The notes: a model not told the origin generated them from the sequence alone. DNA of 64,000 bases from Zygnema circumcarinatum SAG 698-1b (GCA_037447605.1 CM074809.1:610689-674688); one strand, 5' to 3'. Counted from the first letter of the stretch, positions 49,270 to 62,400 are shown. Numbers and translations: made by a program.

Positions 49270-52200
49270 CAGTAGGACCCCATCATATTTTCCACCTACA
49301 TTTGGCAAAAATCGGGCGAAAATATTGTTTTTGGCAAATATAAGGTCCGTGTTACCAAAAGGCGAGCGGAATTATGTTAGAGTTCATGTAAGTTCGTACG
49401 TATCGTATCGTATCGTTTTCTGGAATATCGTACCGCATTGTACCGTATCGTTTAAATTCGAGCGCGTAACGGCTACTACAGCTCGTACGGCTAGTACGAA
49501 TAGTACCGTATCGGGCCGTTTCGTATCGTGTCGTATCGTATCGAAGCCAATAACAAGGGGAGAGGAGTGAGCGCCTCTTACGGCGGCACGTGCGGGGAGA
49601 TTAGGTGAGTTTTGCGTAAGCCCGTGACGGCTAGTACAGTTAGTACGGATAGTAAGGATATTGTACGAATTGTACGGAGTGTACGGCTAACACGAAGTTA
49701 CCGTACACAAAAGTGGTTTCGGCAAAATTGGTGCGAATTTATTGGTGACGCAAATGTTGGGGTAACTCTACTGCACCCCCGCGTTTTGTCTTTCGCACCC
49801 CCGTTTTGAAAAATTTTCCTGCCCGTTTTCGTTACCCCCCAGTTTTGAATATTTCGGGAAAAAATCTTTTTCCCGCCCCTTTCGTCCCCTCGCTGCCCCC
49901 TGTTGCGAAACGCGATAAAACTAAATGTATGAACGTCCGTTTATGTCCGCGGTTGCCTTTTAACGGTAAAGTTTATGGGTGGGTACCGGGAGGTGTCGAG
50001 TTCGGTTGTTTCATTCCCCCTCCCTTCATTATTTTTTGGACATTCCATCCCCTCGTTTTCTCCTTTTCTCTATTGACTTCCAACAATGTGCGACAAAAGA
50101 AAAGGGGATTTGCATTGGTCTCAAGTTGGTGAGGCCATCAAATAAACATGGACAAAGTCAACATGGGAACCACAAGAAATTAGTCGCAAATGAAACAAGC
50201 ACAAAATAAAAAAACTAGGAACAAAAAACTAAACTAAACTAAGCTTAAGTACAAAAACGCAACCTTAAACACAACTGCAAAGGTCACCAATGTTGGGCAA
50301 CTGTTACTCTCTGTCTTCAGGTTACCCCTAATTAAGGCAAGGTCTTAAATTGTGGCCTACTTGCTTGCAATTGGAACATTTTGTTGGTGGAGGGACTCCT
50401 CCACTGCTGCCGGCTTCTCCACTCGCATCACCTTCCATCGGAGTTCGCGTTCCAATCGATGATGACATTTCCCAAACTCTCACATTCACTCATAGCCCAT
50501 TTTACTCACAGAGTGAACCTCTCAGAATATGCACAGCGGAATAACAGAGAGAAAAGGATAGGAGAAAGCTCTCGGNNNNNNNNNNCCACAATTGAGAGAC
50601 CCCCTCTCAACTAGCCCAATAAACTCAAAAGCCCACTACCTCGCAGCACAAGCAAGTGTAGTGTTAAGCAACACGAGCAACAGCTTCTCAGAGTCTACAA
50701 TAGCTACGCTGGTGATCCAGAAGTTAAGATAAACAACCAAACAAAAACAACACACTATATACTATGTCACAACATCCGTGACACTACAATACAACGAAGC
50801 TCACAACATCGGCTAGCGGCCCGCAAGGGCCCTATCCCGATCCTCATCCTGCGCCGTCGGATCCTCGTCGGCTCACACGGATCCCGTACGTTTCCTCCGT
50901 CAGATCCGACTCGGCCTCTAAGCTAATCCACGTCTTGCGCCGTAGGATCTGACCGCGCCTCCAAGATAGATGACGCGTCAAACTCCGCGTCGTCGCACGC
51001 CACCGACATTTGACGCCGCTCCGTACAATGATGAATCGCGCGCCGACATTTTGACGTTGCATCGTGTCAAGTCCGAATCGTCCAATCCAAAGGTTGACGC
51101 CGCGCCGCGTCACTTCNNNNNNNNNNCCATTGTCCGAACGGAAAGCCTTCAGCTTCAGTCCCGTCTCTGTCTCCGCCTGGTTCAGCCAGTCTCGAAAGGC
51201 TCCGAAAGCCTCTGACTTGTTCTTCAGGAGTGTAATCCAAATCTTCCTCGAGTAATCGTCAAGGAAGGTGACGAAGTACCGCGCTCCGCCACTGGTCGCC
51301 GGTGTAACTGGGCCACACAAGTCAGAATGTACCAATTCCAACTTTTCTCGCGCTCGATAGGACTCGTCTCCACTCTTCACGAATGGTCTCCTGTGCGCCT
51401 TGCCCTCCACACATTCACGGCAAACCCCAAGCTCCTTCTCCACTACACCCGGGTCTAGCCCACGGACTAGCCCCCTCTCAGCCAAAAGCTTCATGCCTCT
51501 GTGGTGTAAGTGTCCAAGTCTACGATGCCATACATCTACAGCATTCTCTGAAACTGCATTCACCTCCTCATGATTCTCTCTCTTATAATCAAGATAATAC
51601 AGCCCTCCTCTCTCATAACCCCTGAACAGCTGTCTCCCAGTTTCTGAATGGATAGCCACGCATGACTTCTCCTCAAACAGAACACTGTATCCCTTCTTGC
51701 ACACTTGGCTCACAGACATGAAATTCTGCATGAGGCCAGGGGTGTGAAGAACATCACCAATGTGCAGTTTCTCCTGAACATCGTCTTCGTGATGGCTCGA
51801 CCGTCTCCGGGCCGTTCTCACGCTCCACTCTGCGTCACAGTGGCTCCTTCGCGGTTTCCTGAGGTAAGCTTGGCGGCCTCCCAAGTTGGGGGCTTGGAGA
51901 ACATCGATGTGTGCTCCGCACATATGCCAAGGTGGAAGCAGAGATCAATCAGCCAGCGGCGCTTCAGGGTGTATCCTGGAGTCCTCCCTCAAAATCATGT
52001 CGGTATCTCTCCAGCATGAGGTTGCTTTCAACTGCTACCTTGCAGTCTGAACTCTTGTGACCTCTCTTCTTGCACTTGAAACAAGTGCCGCTGAACGCCT
52101 TCTTCTCCTTCTTGCCGGATAAAGTCGCGATTTGCCTTCTCTTCTCCTGGACTGCTCTTTTTGTTCTTGAAACAGTCGATTTGGATAATCACCAACCTGC

Positions 52201-55200
52201 CACATGTGAAGCATGTCACATTCGAGCGTTCTCCTCGGGCTGACTTCAGGGCGCCTCCTCCTCTTCGATTCGGTCGAGTGTGCAACGCGAGCACCTTCTC
52301 TTCTTGGCCGCCGACATCCTGAATCGAATCCTCCTCCTTTATCCTACGCTTTAGCTTATTCAAGCGTGGTGGTGTTGGTCAGACTGCCCTGACTCCACTG
52401 AAACTTCGGATCTCCGGGCAGACCCCCTGGAGCCTCAACTATGTCTTGGTGTTCCATCTAACAGTTTCCTAAGGCTATGAACCTCTCCATCAATGCATCA
52501 AATCTGACCATATAAGCTTCTAGTTTCTCCTCTGAAGTCATCTTCATCTTGCCTAGCTGAGGGTAAAGACTGACTATTGTCACATTGTCTATCACATCAT
52601 ACGTCTCCTCTAGACACTTCCACATAGCATGAGAGGTTTTCAGATCATACAGCATAGAGGATGGACTTCCTCTTACGCTCATAACAATCTGCGTCAGGGC
52701 TTTGTTGTCCTTGGCCTTCCATCGTGCGAGCGCCACGTCGTGCTCCGACTGCTGCTCCGCTGAGGCTCCAACCGGTAACTCCGGCGCCTTAATGCTGCCC
52801 ATGCAAGGGTACCCCAACAGCACTTTCCAAGCAAAGGGCACAATCTCTTCCCATCTCGGCTTTGTAATTGCTGCAGTGAGCAACCAATATGCTGAAACTA
52901 ACGTGGTCCCTGCAATTCACCATAACTTGGATGGCTGACTCAGTGGAGGGACTCCTCCATGCTGCCAGCTTCTCCACTGGCATCACCTTCCATCGAAATT
53001 GGCGTTACGGTGCGATGATGACATTTCCCAAACTCTCACATTCACTCATAGCCCATTTTACTCACGAGTGGACCTCTCGAGTGTGCACGGCGGATAAAGA
53101 GAAAAGGATAGGAGAAGCTCTCGGCTGAAACTCCTTAATAATGATCTTATCAACACATAATGAGAGACCCCCTCTCAAAATAGCCCAATAAACTCAAAAG
53201 CCCACTACCTCGCAGAACAAGCAAGTGTAATGTTCAGCAACACGAGCATCAGCTTCTCAGAGTCTACAATAGCTACGTTGATAATCCAGAAGTAAAATCT
53301 ACCAAACAAAACAACACACTAAATATTATGTCTCAACATCCGTGTCACTACCATGCTACAAAACTCACAACATCGACTAGCGGCCCGCAAGGGCCCTATC
53401 CCGAGTCCTCATCTGAGCGTCGGATGTCGTTCACTCACACGGATGCCGTGCCATTGCTCCGTGGGGTCCGACTCGGCCCTCTCAGCTGACCACCGTCTGC
53501 GCCGTAGGGATGTGGCCCCGCCCTGCAAGAGTGATGGCACGTCAAACTCCACGGGTGAGTCGCGCACAGCCACCGACATCTGACGCCGCTCGTACAGGTG
53601 ATGAATGGCGCGCCGACATTTTGGCGCCGGCAGTCGCGCATGCTCGATCGTCGAATCCCAGAGGTTGACGCCGCGCGCACCATCAGCTCCCGACTAGCGC
53701 GCGGGTCGCGCATCGCCACATCTCGTGCGCTCGCGGCGCGTGCGCGCACGTCTGCTTTCCCGATCGTGGCGTCGCAACCTCGTCACTTCTGACTCCGCCG
53801 CGCCGCGCCTCTTCCACGGACCATATGTCCGTACTGCCGCCTACTAACTTAGGCGCACACCGCCGCCAAGGAAACACACAACACAAACACACAAAACTAA
53901 TGTTCCAACAAAAGCATACTAACTATCATACACTAACAATCCCCTCTTTGGAACTTCTAGTTTTGCGCAGGCCCCAGCCCAATCAACCTCCCGTTGACTA
54001 ATAGTGTTTCCCCACTAACTCCCTTTGTTAGCATATCTGCGGCCTGCTCCTTGGTGCCTACGAACTTCACCTCAATCAAGCCCTCCTCGACCAACTCGCA
54101 AATGCGTAATGAGTGCGCGCCCAGATAGTAGCGGTCACTCTTGTGGGTTTCTGAGGGTTTCCCCACGGAACTGTCGGCGATTGATTATTAGGTAAACAAG
54201 GTATCGATTCGTTGGTCCCTCTTGCATTCTTCAAAAGAGCGCAGATTACACTCCTTCCTTCGAGCATGACAAGCACCGTAGCGCACCGCCCTCGCGTTAA
54301 CAAATGCGCCACGAGTCGCGGCAGACTCCCACGCGAGAAATGCGGCTCCTCACTCCATTAGAATGTAAAGCGGGAAACCCGAAGTCACGGCGTGGCGATG
54401 TCGACATCTCCTCCCCAATGCAGTGCGTATAGCGATCACTGCGGTTGGCCCCTCATACGTTAAAGCGGCCAAATTACACCGCATATGCGAAAATCCTCTT
54501 CACTTTGCTCCCAGTACTTTCCGGGCAGGATTGTCTCCATGAATCGGTAGAGCTCAAAGCTTTAGCCCAGAGATGGGGCCCAGCGTTAGATCACATCAAT
54601 AAAGTACATTAGACTCCCGATCACGGCCGGATGCGTATGGCACTCGAACATCTTTTGTGTGCCTCATCCGGCGGTGACATCTCGCCGAAGCCTGATCACC
54701 AGATCTCCATGGAAATTTCCGGAACCGCGGCCCTAGCGTCGATCCTCCATTCGAAATCGGGCAAGCACATCTGAAGCATACTTCCTTTGACATAGAAACA
54801 AGCTTCCATCCTGCCCCCTCTTCAGCTGCATTCCCAGCACATACTGCGCCTCTCCCAGACCTGACATTTTGAAATTTGCCTGTAGCAACTCCTTCAAAGA
54901 TCTGATTCTTTCAAGGGATAGGCTCACCATGATGAGATCGTCGACATAGATCCCAACGAACATGATGTCTGCCCCCTCTCCTTGACGGTACACTGAATGA
55001 TCTGTCNNNNNNNNNNGCCAAACTGCGCGCGCCAGAAGGTCGACCTCGTTCCTTCATAACCGGGTGAGGGTTTTGCAACCGCAATGGTTCGAGGGGGGGC
55101 AGCGGAGGGGACGAAAGGAGCGGGAAAAAGGTTTTTTCCCGAAATATTCAAAACTGGGAGGTAACCAAAACGGGCAGGCAAAATTTTCAAAACGGGGGTG

Positions 55201-55273
55201 TGAAAGACAAAACGCGGTGGTGCAGTAGAGTTACCCCAAATGTTGAGGTGGAAAATATGATGGGGTCCTACTG
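49270..55273. mobile_element. Second element of the same Tc1/mariner-type family, expanded to ~6 kb by internal copia sequence
   Basis: Perfect 27-bp TIRs CAGTAGGACCCCATCATATTTTCCACC at 49270-49296 and 55247-55273, flanked by TA. The left part is an inverted copy of 48460-49003, and 49760-49890 is inverted at 55090-55235. Confidence 0.7.
50382..55006 (-). mobile_element. Degenerate Ty1/copia LTR retrotransposon sequence (RT-RNaseH-PPT-LTR-gag-PR-IN-gap-LTR)
   Basis: RT with IYVDDL (54733-54993). RNase H with EQAADMLTK (53957-54166). PPT AAAGAGGGG (53941-53949) then TGTT at 53938. UBN2-type gag (52458-52880) and zinc knuckles (~52050-52220). Pre-integrase WHRRLGH and rve LVHSDLCGP..FLDDYSR..FRSDN (51127-51600). 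The LTR-like direct repeats are 52943-53938 and 50382-51116, the latter ending CAACA. Frameshifts are present. Confidence 0.9.
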
Positions 55274-55619
55274 TATACGGCACTGTACGGCGTCCTTCAG
55301 TGCCGTAATTTTAAACGCCCGGTCCGGACCTCTCTCTACTCGCCAATGCATAAAAAATCCAATTGAGACACGCCACGTGTACAAATATTCACACGTGGCG
55401 GATTACCATTGGCTAAAGGTCAAAGCCCGACGCCACGTGTGCACCCGTTTAACGGCCGTTCTATGGTCCCACATTCTAGTTGAACTTCCCTACGGAGCGA
55501 GACCAAAAACTGACAAAGAACAGTCCAAGGTTGCGAAACTGGCTCGTGGGTTGCATATTCTATGGAAATTTCCAGTCAGGCCGACAGGGGGGCAGGGCGG
55601 ACACACTCTATAAGGTTTC

Positions 55620-56140
55620 GACCTTTTTTTTTTAAATATAATCTGCCCGAAGGAAAAAGGTGTGTATCGATTCCTAAAAGGTGTGAAAAAAGCATTTTCC
55701 GCTTTTGAACCTTTTTAAAATCTGCCCGCCGGAAAAAGGGGTGTGTCGATCCAAAAAGGAGTGGATTTATCACTACCCTTTTTTTTTTTGAGAGAAAAAA
55801 ATATCGGCCTGCCCGAATCCGCTCAGAGCAGGAGATCCGTCCGCCACGAGATCGTCCGCGGGTGTGCGTCCTTCACATGTCGGTGCATCGCAGCCGTCGA
55901 TTTCCTCATAGACTACACCACGGAAACCGTTAGATCTGCACTCGGGCTCGGTTCCAGCGAATGACACGTGCCCACGTGTCCCGCCAAAGCCGTCTCGCTC
56001 GTGCGAGTGCGTGCGTCCCTCGGAGATCTCCGCAAAACAACGAGTTGGACCGGCCAGTTTGCGGCGGTCGCAATTGACAACTTGCAGTCAACCACCTTCT
56101 GCCACGTTTTTTTTTTTGTACAGCGTGGCAAAAAGTCCAG
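55620..56140. repeat. Dispersed modular repeat, related to 63240-63890 (blocks in both orientations)
   Basis: 55620-55780 matches 63730-63890 (direct), 55790-55990 matches 63450-63660 (inverted), and 55990-56110 matches 63240-63350 (direct). Confidence 0.75.
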
Positions 56141-57094
56141 GCTCCAAATGTACGGTATTTCGCTTCGACCATACGACTTTTGACTTTCGGAGACTAGGAG
56201 CGGAAACCTACGCCTAGGCTTAACAACACTTCAAGCCCTCCCTAGAAGCAGCCGCGAAGGTCCCGATGTGCGGCACATCGCGGGGAGGGAGGGAGCGAGG
56301 GAGGGAGGGAGCTGTCAGAGTTAGTTCCCCCTTCGGATGTGCCCTCACTCACAGCGGAAGACATTACAGACTGAGAGAACACACAAGGGAAACACGCTGA
56401 AAAATATGGAGAAAGCTCTCAGGCCTAAAACTCCATTAAATAAAAGGCAGGATGATTACATAGAGTATATTCAGCACTAAGCCTAGCACTACTCTTTAAA
56501 CACCCCCCCCCCTTCTCTCGGTTCAACACACAGTCTCTAAACAGCCTACACAAGGCCTGTCAGACACTGTAAACTACAGAGAGTAATTCTAAGCTAAGCA
56601 CTAAGCACTATAAATGCCTAAGCACTGAAGGGAGCCGCAGCTCCTCATTCGGCCGCACTCCCACCGCTCCAATAAGCCTCCATGTCTGCCGCGCCTTGCT
56701 CGCTTCGACGCCCGCCCTGGCTCCCGCCCTGGATCCCGCCCTGGCTCCCGCCCTGGCCACCGTATTGTGCTAGCTGGCTGCCCGGCAGGCCATGTCCTCC
56801 GCCCAATGAGCCTGGGAGCTCGCCATTCCTGCGCTGCCTCCTTGCAATTCCTGTAACCCTAATTGCCAAGTGACGGCCCCCGATTGGCTGCCCCTTCGGC
56901 CCAGCCAACCGGTGGTATACCGCACCACCCGCCATACAATAAGCGTTCAGTACTATTGTCCGTACATCCGTACAGTTCGTATACTTCGTCCAAATCCCAC
57001 AACTCTCAGCTGTACGGCTATCCGTACGCTGACAGGAGCGGCGGAAGGCCACTGAAACGGTCTTTCCTTTTCGTTTTCTCAGTCGCAGGAAGCC

Positions 57095-59370
57095 ATGGAT
57101 CTGCCCATTGCAACCTCCCATACTTCACCAACTCGGCGCCTCTTATCCGTCCGCCAAGCGCCTGCCGGGTCCTCCCCGGGGCCCGGCCATGGCTGGCAGC
57201 TCCCTCCTCGCCTCCTCTCCCTTGTTCTCCTCCTCTCCATCGCTCGCCGCCATGGCGGGTCCTGGGCAGCCGCTGCAACACCTGTCCTGCGAGGATATGA
57301 CACCAGAACGCTCCCTGGCCCTCCCACGGAGGTGCCGCGAGGCACTTCTCCGCCGCCTTTCCAAGGCGAGGCTTTACACTCCGACACATGGAGTTTGGGG
57401 AATCGCACTTCTAGTTCTTCACAGCGGAGGGGAGGTTCAAAGGAAGGCCATGGCTTCCGGGGCTTAGAGCGGAAGGGCTCAGGGCGGAGGAAGGAGCTAG
57501 AGGCGAAAGAGGAGGAGTGCTGGGAGGGGGTGGCCGAGGGCTGGAGGGAGGGAGGCGATGATTTAGAACACCACGTTCGAATCGCAGGTGTGCTCGTCTT
57601 TCTCTCACACTGCCCCCCCACCCTCCCTCCCTCCCTCCCTCTCCCTCTCCCTGTCTCTCTCTTTCTCGCTCTCGATCTCGCTCTCGGTCTCTCTCTCTCT
57701 CTCTAACTCTCGCTTGCTCTCTATCGGTCTCTCTCTCCCTCTCTCTCGCTCTCTTTCTTTTTCTCTCGCTCTCCTCTCGTTCCTCCCCTCCTGTATGTGG
57801 TCCTTATGCTTCACGTATGCTACCAGGCCGCCGTTCATATGAAGATGTTAGGATGCATTTAAGCATTAATCTCATTTTTAACGGCCTCCAGGTTCCTAGG
57901 TTCGGGAAAATGATCGCCATTGCATCGCATTTGAGCAAATTCATTTCAATGATGAGATTCTCATATGGTGACTAGGGTCGAATTTTGATGACTTTATCAG
58001 AGTATCGTTTGACGTTCCATCCCCTCGAAGGTTTCCTCATGTCTTGAGAATTCTAACTCCTTATTTGCGTCTCACAGGGGACGGCTGCCGGAGGTGTTCA
58101 CTTGGTCAGCGCTGTTCCTTCATTCTCCAACTTGGGAGTCCGACTATTTTTAGTGAAGATGGCGGTCCTAAAAATGGAGTCGAAGTGATTCCACGTGATC
58201 GGGAAATAATGGCAATCATGACCGGTGACTTTGACTTCCCCCTTGTATTAATGTTATATTTTCGTTTTTGGGTTTGCAATCACTTTGATGATCATTGAAC
58301 ATGCAGTGATGGCTAAATTGTTGGCAAATAAGTAATGCATCCGAGTCGTGGGGGAGCAGGACCGACGAAGCATGCTGCGGAAGTTTTACCCCATGAGAGG
58401 GAACCCGGAGGCCCCCGATACAACGTTTCTTTTAAGGTATCTTATCGAGTGTGGGACGCTGGAGAGTATGAAATGGAGATTTTCTCCGACTGTTCAATGT
58501 GAGTGAACGTCCTAAGTTGGAAGTAAGATGAGTTTTCGATCCGTTACATAGAGCTGCAGTTAGCTGTTCACGGTCTACCGTTTTAATCCGCGCTGGAGTC
58601 CTAAGCTTGTGGACTCCATCTCAAACCTTAAAATCACGTCCCCGCCCGCTCCCTCTCTCTCTCTCTCTCTCTCGCTCGCTCTCCCTTCTCCCTGCTCTCT
58701 TGTCCTCTTCCCTATCTTGAACAGCGGGCCGAGAGCAGATTTTGGCTACCACACCATCGCTAAACTCTCGATAAATGTCGTTATTTCCGCTCAAAACTCC
58801 ACTGCAAAATTGGTGCCTTGCACCTTTCGGCAGTTTGGACGGTGGGTCGACAGCACGTTGGGGGACGGAGTCCAAGGGAAAGAGGAAATCGTAGATGTAA
58901 GAAGTTCTACGTCGAAATGGAAATTTCAGTCATATGAATGTCAGGGTCAATGGAGCCACTCCGTTTCACAATTTGTCCGGCGAATGCATGCGAAGGGTTT
59001 GAAAGAAATCTTTTTGGTGGGGGATTCCATGACTCGAGTGTTGGCTCATCATCTCCACTTCCTCATGGCAGGTAGAGCACTTCCTTTGTCTTTTTGCCTT
59101 GTCTTTCTCTCTGTCTCTCTTCCTCTCTTTCTCTTCTCTCCCTCTCCTCCCCCTCTCCCTCACTTCATCTTCCTTGTTTTCTTCCTCTCATCCTCGTGCT
59201 CTCTCTCTATATCTACTTTTGCATCCCTTTTTCTCGTTCTTCAATCTTCCCACTTTCGTCCCATTTGATCACTTTCCCTTCTCGCTGAACTTCTGTTTTC
59301 CTCTTCCACTATCACTCTTTCCCATTTTCTGTCCCCTCTCCCTCCCTCTCCCTTCCATCCGCCCACCCCC

Positions 59371-59403
<33 letters not shown>

Positions 59404-60928
59404 TCTCCCCTCTCTCTCTCTCTCTCTCTCTCTGTCTCTGACTCCACATCCCCCAGTTTCTGAGCTTTCTGAATCTCTTCCGTAGCCACTAACACACCCC
59501 TCTTGCCATTGAATCCAGGACCGGATCAAAAGCCAATTCAGCTACACTTGCCACAAGTGTGGGAGATAACTGATCGCAGTTCAAATCTGAGCGTTCGACT
59601 GGACTTTCATTTTGTTGGCGCAATTTATGAAAACAACGAACATGGATGCAGCAGTCAGGACCAACATGAGTCTTATCGAACTCTTGTTGTCGTACCGGAA
59701 ACAGCCGACTTGATTGTTTTGGGATCGGGCACATGGGCCGCCAAGGTAAGCACTTCAATTTGCTTTACTTGAAGGTTCTTTTTTTTGAAGGCTTGTGGAT
59801 ATGCATCATGCTACGTGGGAAGCTCCTTTTACTTGGCGATGTAATGACCCAACACGGGGATGATTTCTTGTCAACTTCAATTCAGCTTTGTGCGCGGGGG
59901 GACCTTGCCTACTCGAAACATCTTCCTGCATTCGTGGATTTTATTTTGAGCCAACCTCGAAAACCGACAGCGCGAGTATTTTGGAGAAGTATCCCCCCTT
60001 ATCCAGTGCGGGGCAGATCTTGCCATGTTCACAATAGCGAGATTCGCTGGATGAATGCTTTTGCCAGGTATTCATTTGTGGCCCATTCCGTGAACCTGAA
60101 ACCTCTTCAGCATCGAGATGTATGCTTTCTTCTCTTTTCTTTGTTCTTGAGACTTTCGGCCCATTCCGCATCGTTCCTATCTGCCAAAACGCAGCGTTAA
60201 TGAGTCAAACGTTTTTGAATGAAGCTTCAAAAAAAGCAAATGACAAGCCCGCAGAGCTGTTCGCCTCCATGAAGGCGAGAGAGAGGGAGGGACGGGGAGT
60301 GGGAGGGGGAGGGGGAGGGGGAGGTGGGAGACAGTGGCGGATCTACATATACAAGTTGGGGGGACTTTGCCCCCCCTCAAACTTTTTCTTTATCTTATTT
60401 TATTTTATTTTACGTATATATTTTACGTTTTTTATGCTGAAGGGGGACTTAACCCACCCCCCCCCCAGCAAATATTCAAATAAAAAATATATATACATAT
60501 ATATATATTCAAATAATAATAATAATAATAATAAATAATATATATATATTAATATTTGCTTTTTTAAGCAAACATTCTGGATCCGCGACTGGTGGGAGAG
60601 GAGGATGTTTGAGGCCAGCTCACTTCACTGCCTCTCTGTCAGAGCCTAAACGCGAAACGCCTTCATTTGCCCATTTTTTTGCACAGCCTTGATGTGGATT
60701 ATTTACTCCGATTCGTGCAGGCGGTTGATGGAAAAGCGTGGCGACGTTAAATACATGGATTTTTGGCCTATTGAAGCTGCGAGATATTTAGACACGTGCG
60801 AGCGGCAGGAGCAGCTGAGGTGGGTGAAGGACCTGCACTACTCCTGCCTCCACTCCGACCAGAAGGCCATCCACGGCGATGTGGGGGAGGCCGTGGTGCG
60901 CGCATTCGAGCATTACCTTCTCGCGTAG
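57095..60928 (+). CDS. TBL/PC-esterase (GDSL-SGNH-like acyl-esterase/acyltransferase) family protein with an N-terminal hydrophobic anchor
   Basis: Exons 57095-57587, tentatively 58078-~58184 and ~58360-58435, then 58725-59071, 59519-59745, 59886-60067, 60721-60928. Motifs: WKFQSYEC, EIFLVGDSMTR (GDS), DLIVLGSGTW, VFWRS, KDLHYSC. Confidence 0.7.
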
Positions 60929-60933
60929 GCGGC

Positions 60934-61110
60934 ACTTGCATGGACTTGCATGGCCTTGCATGGACTTGCATGGCCTTGCATGGACTTGCATGGCCTTGCA
61001 TGGACTTGCATGGCCTTGCATGGACTTGCATGGCCTTGCATGGACTTGCATGGCCTTGCATGGACTTGCATGGCCTTGCATGGACTTGCATGGACTTGCA
61101 TGGACTTGCA
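60934..61110. repeat. Tandem array of a 10-bp unit, (A/C)CTTGCATGG, about 18 copies, immediately after the TBL-like stop codon
   Basis: Alternating acttgcatgg/ccttgcatgg units read directly. Confidence 0.95.
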
Positions 61111-62005
61111 AAGCATCCCTCAGAGAGTCGGTTCATTCATTTGCCTTACAGTTGCAAGGGTTTGGTGAAACCACCGTTGATTTTGGATACGGAGATTGAA
61201 GGTCAGGAGAGGGAGGCCACTGGGTTGTCAACGTTCAAGATTTTTTTTTCCAAAGTATTTTTTTTTTGTTTCGAAACAAGGAGAAAGTTTGATATAGGGG
61301 GCTGAATAGAGAAAAAGATAATAAGGGGAAAGCGAATACATGAGAATCATCAGCGGCAGAAGTCCAAATTATGGAAATGCTACCCCCAACACCTGCGCAT
61401 TGCTTCGCGTGTAATGATCGTAATGTTGTAAAACAACAAATAAATATATATCAGCTCTCATACCACTGCCAGTCTTTAGGCTTTAATCCACTGTTAATGG
61501 TCTCGTCTCTACATGCTGATGCCTCATCTCTTAGAGGATGACTCTGGGCAGATTGCATTCAGACTGACTCCAAATAAAATATGCAAAGACATATAAGCAC
61601 AGAGAGAACATACAGATCCAAAATTCGTAATATATGGAGAAAGCCCCAAGGGCCTAAAACCCCATCAAGGATAACCAAGAAAGTACAGCTCAATAGTTAA
61701 GCCCACAACCCTCACTACCAGCCTTTACAAACCCTCTATCCCCCTACAGGCTACCTTACAAGCCTGGACAACTCTCCTCACTCAGCCCCCACACAAGGGA
61801 CTGATCCCTTAAATGGAACAGAGAAAGGGTGTTTGTTTCTCCAAACCCTAATCCTATTTACCCTACGCTCTACTTGCGGCTGCTCCTACTCAGTGCCTGC
61901 TGCACGACTCCATGTCCTCTGCGACCATGCCCTCCATGCCCCGCCCGCCGCCCGGCCATGGCGCCATGGCGGCTGCCTTCGCTGCGTGGCTCTCTGAAGG
62001 TCCGC

Positions 62006-62366
62006 ATACTTGCAGGTGTGGGTTCGTCATTGTGCTATCCGCCTGAAGAAGTCAGGAACAAAGATACCCAAAATTGAGCTGGTGAAGGCAGGGCCCATGC
62101 TAGACCTCACTGTACGGAGACACAGAGAGCCCGGGCAGGAGCTTGCTAAGGAGGCCATGAAGTCTCCGAAAACGCTTGTGAAGTAAAAGGTGAGGTTCAT
62201 CCGAACGTTGGAAATTTCAATCTTGTTATGCTTAAGGGGGGAGTGGGAGCGGTGGAGGTTACCTGCACATGCTGTTTTAAAATTTATACGCAGATCTTGA
62301 AAGTGGATGTTAAACATGGGAACCATCTTTTTATTTTTTGTTGCAGATTAAGAACGTGTCTACAGA

Positions 62367-62373
<7 letters not shown>
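62006..62373 (+). pseudogene. RPF2: Duplicated RPF2 fragment (one exon, its intron and the start of the next exon) with a nonsense change
   Basis: Highly similar to 47421-47759. AAA has become TAA at 62184-62186, the intron has an indel, and the copy ends in a CT microsatellite. Confidence 0.9.

Positions 62374-62400
<27 letters not shown>

Noticed and set aside
50844-51126. C-terminal part of the 359-aa integrase ORF
   Set aside because: It reads through an N gap into LTR sequence, so it is not real integrase.
56645-57121. Gly/Gln-rich minus-strand ORF (GGQGGSQGG)
   Set aside because: It derives from a short 12-bp repeat in the TBL-like upstream region and has no other support.
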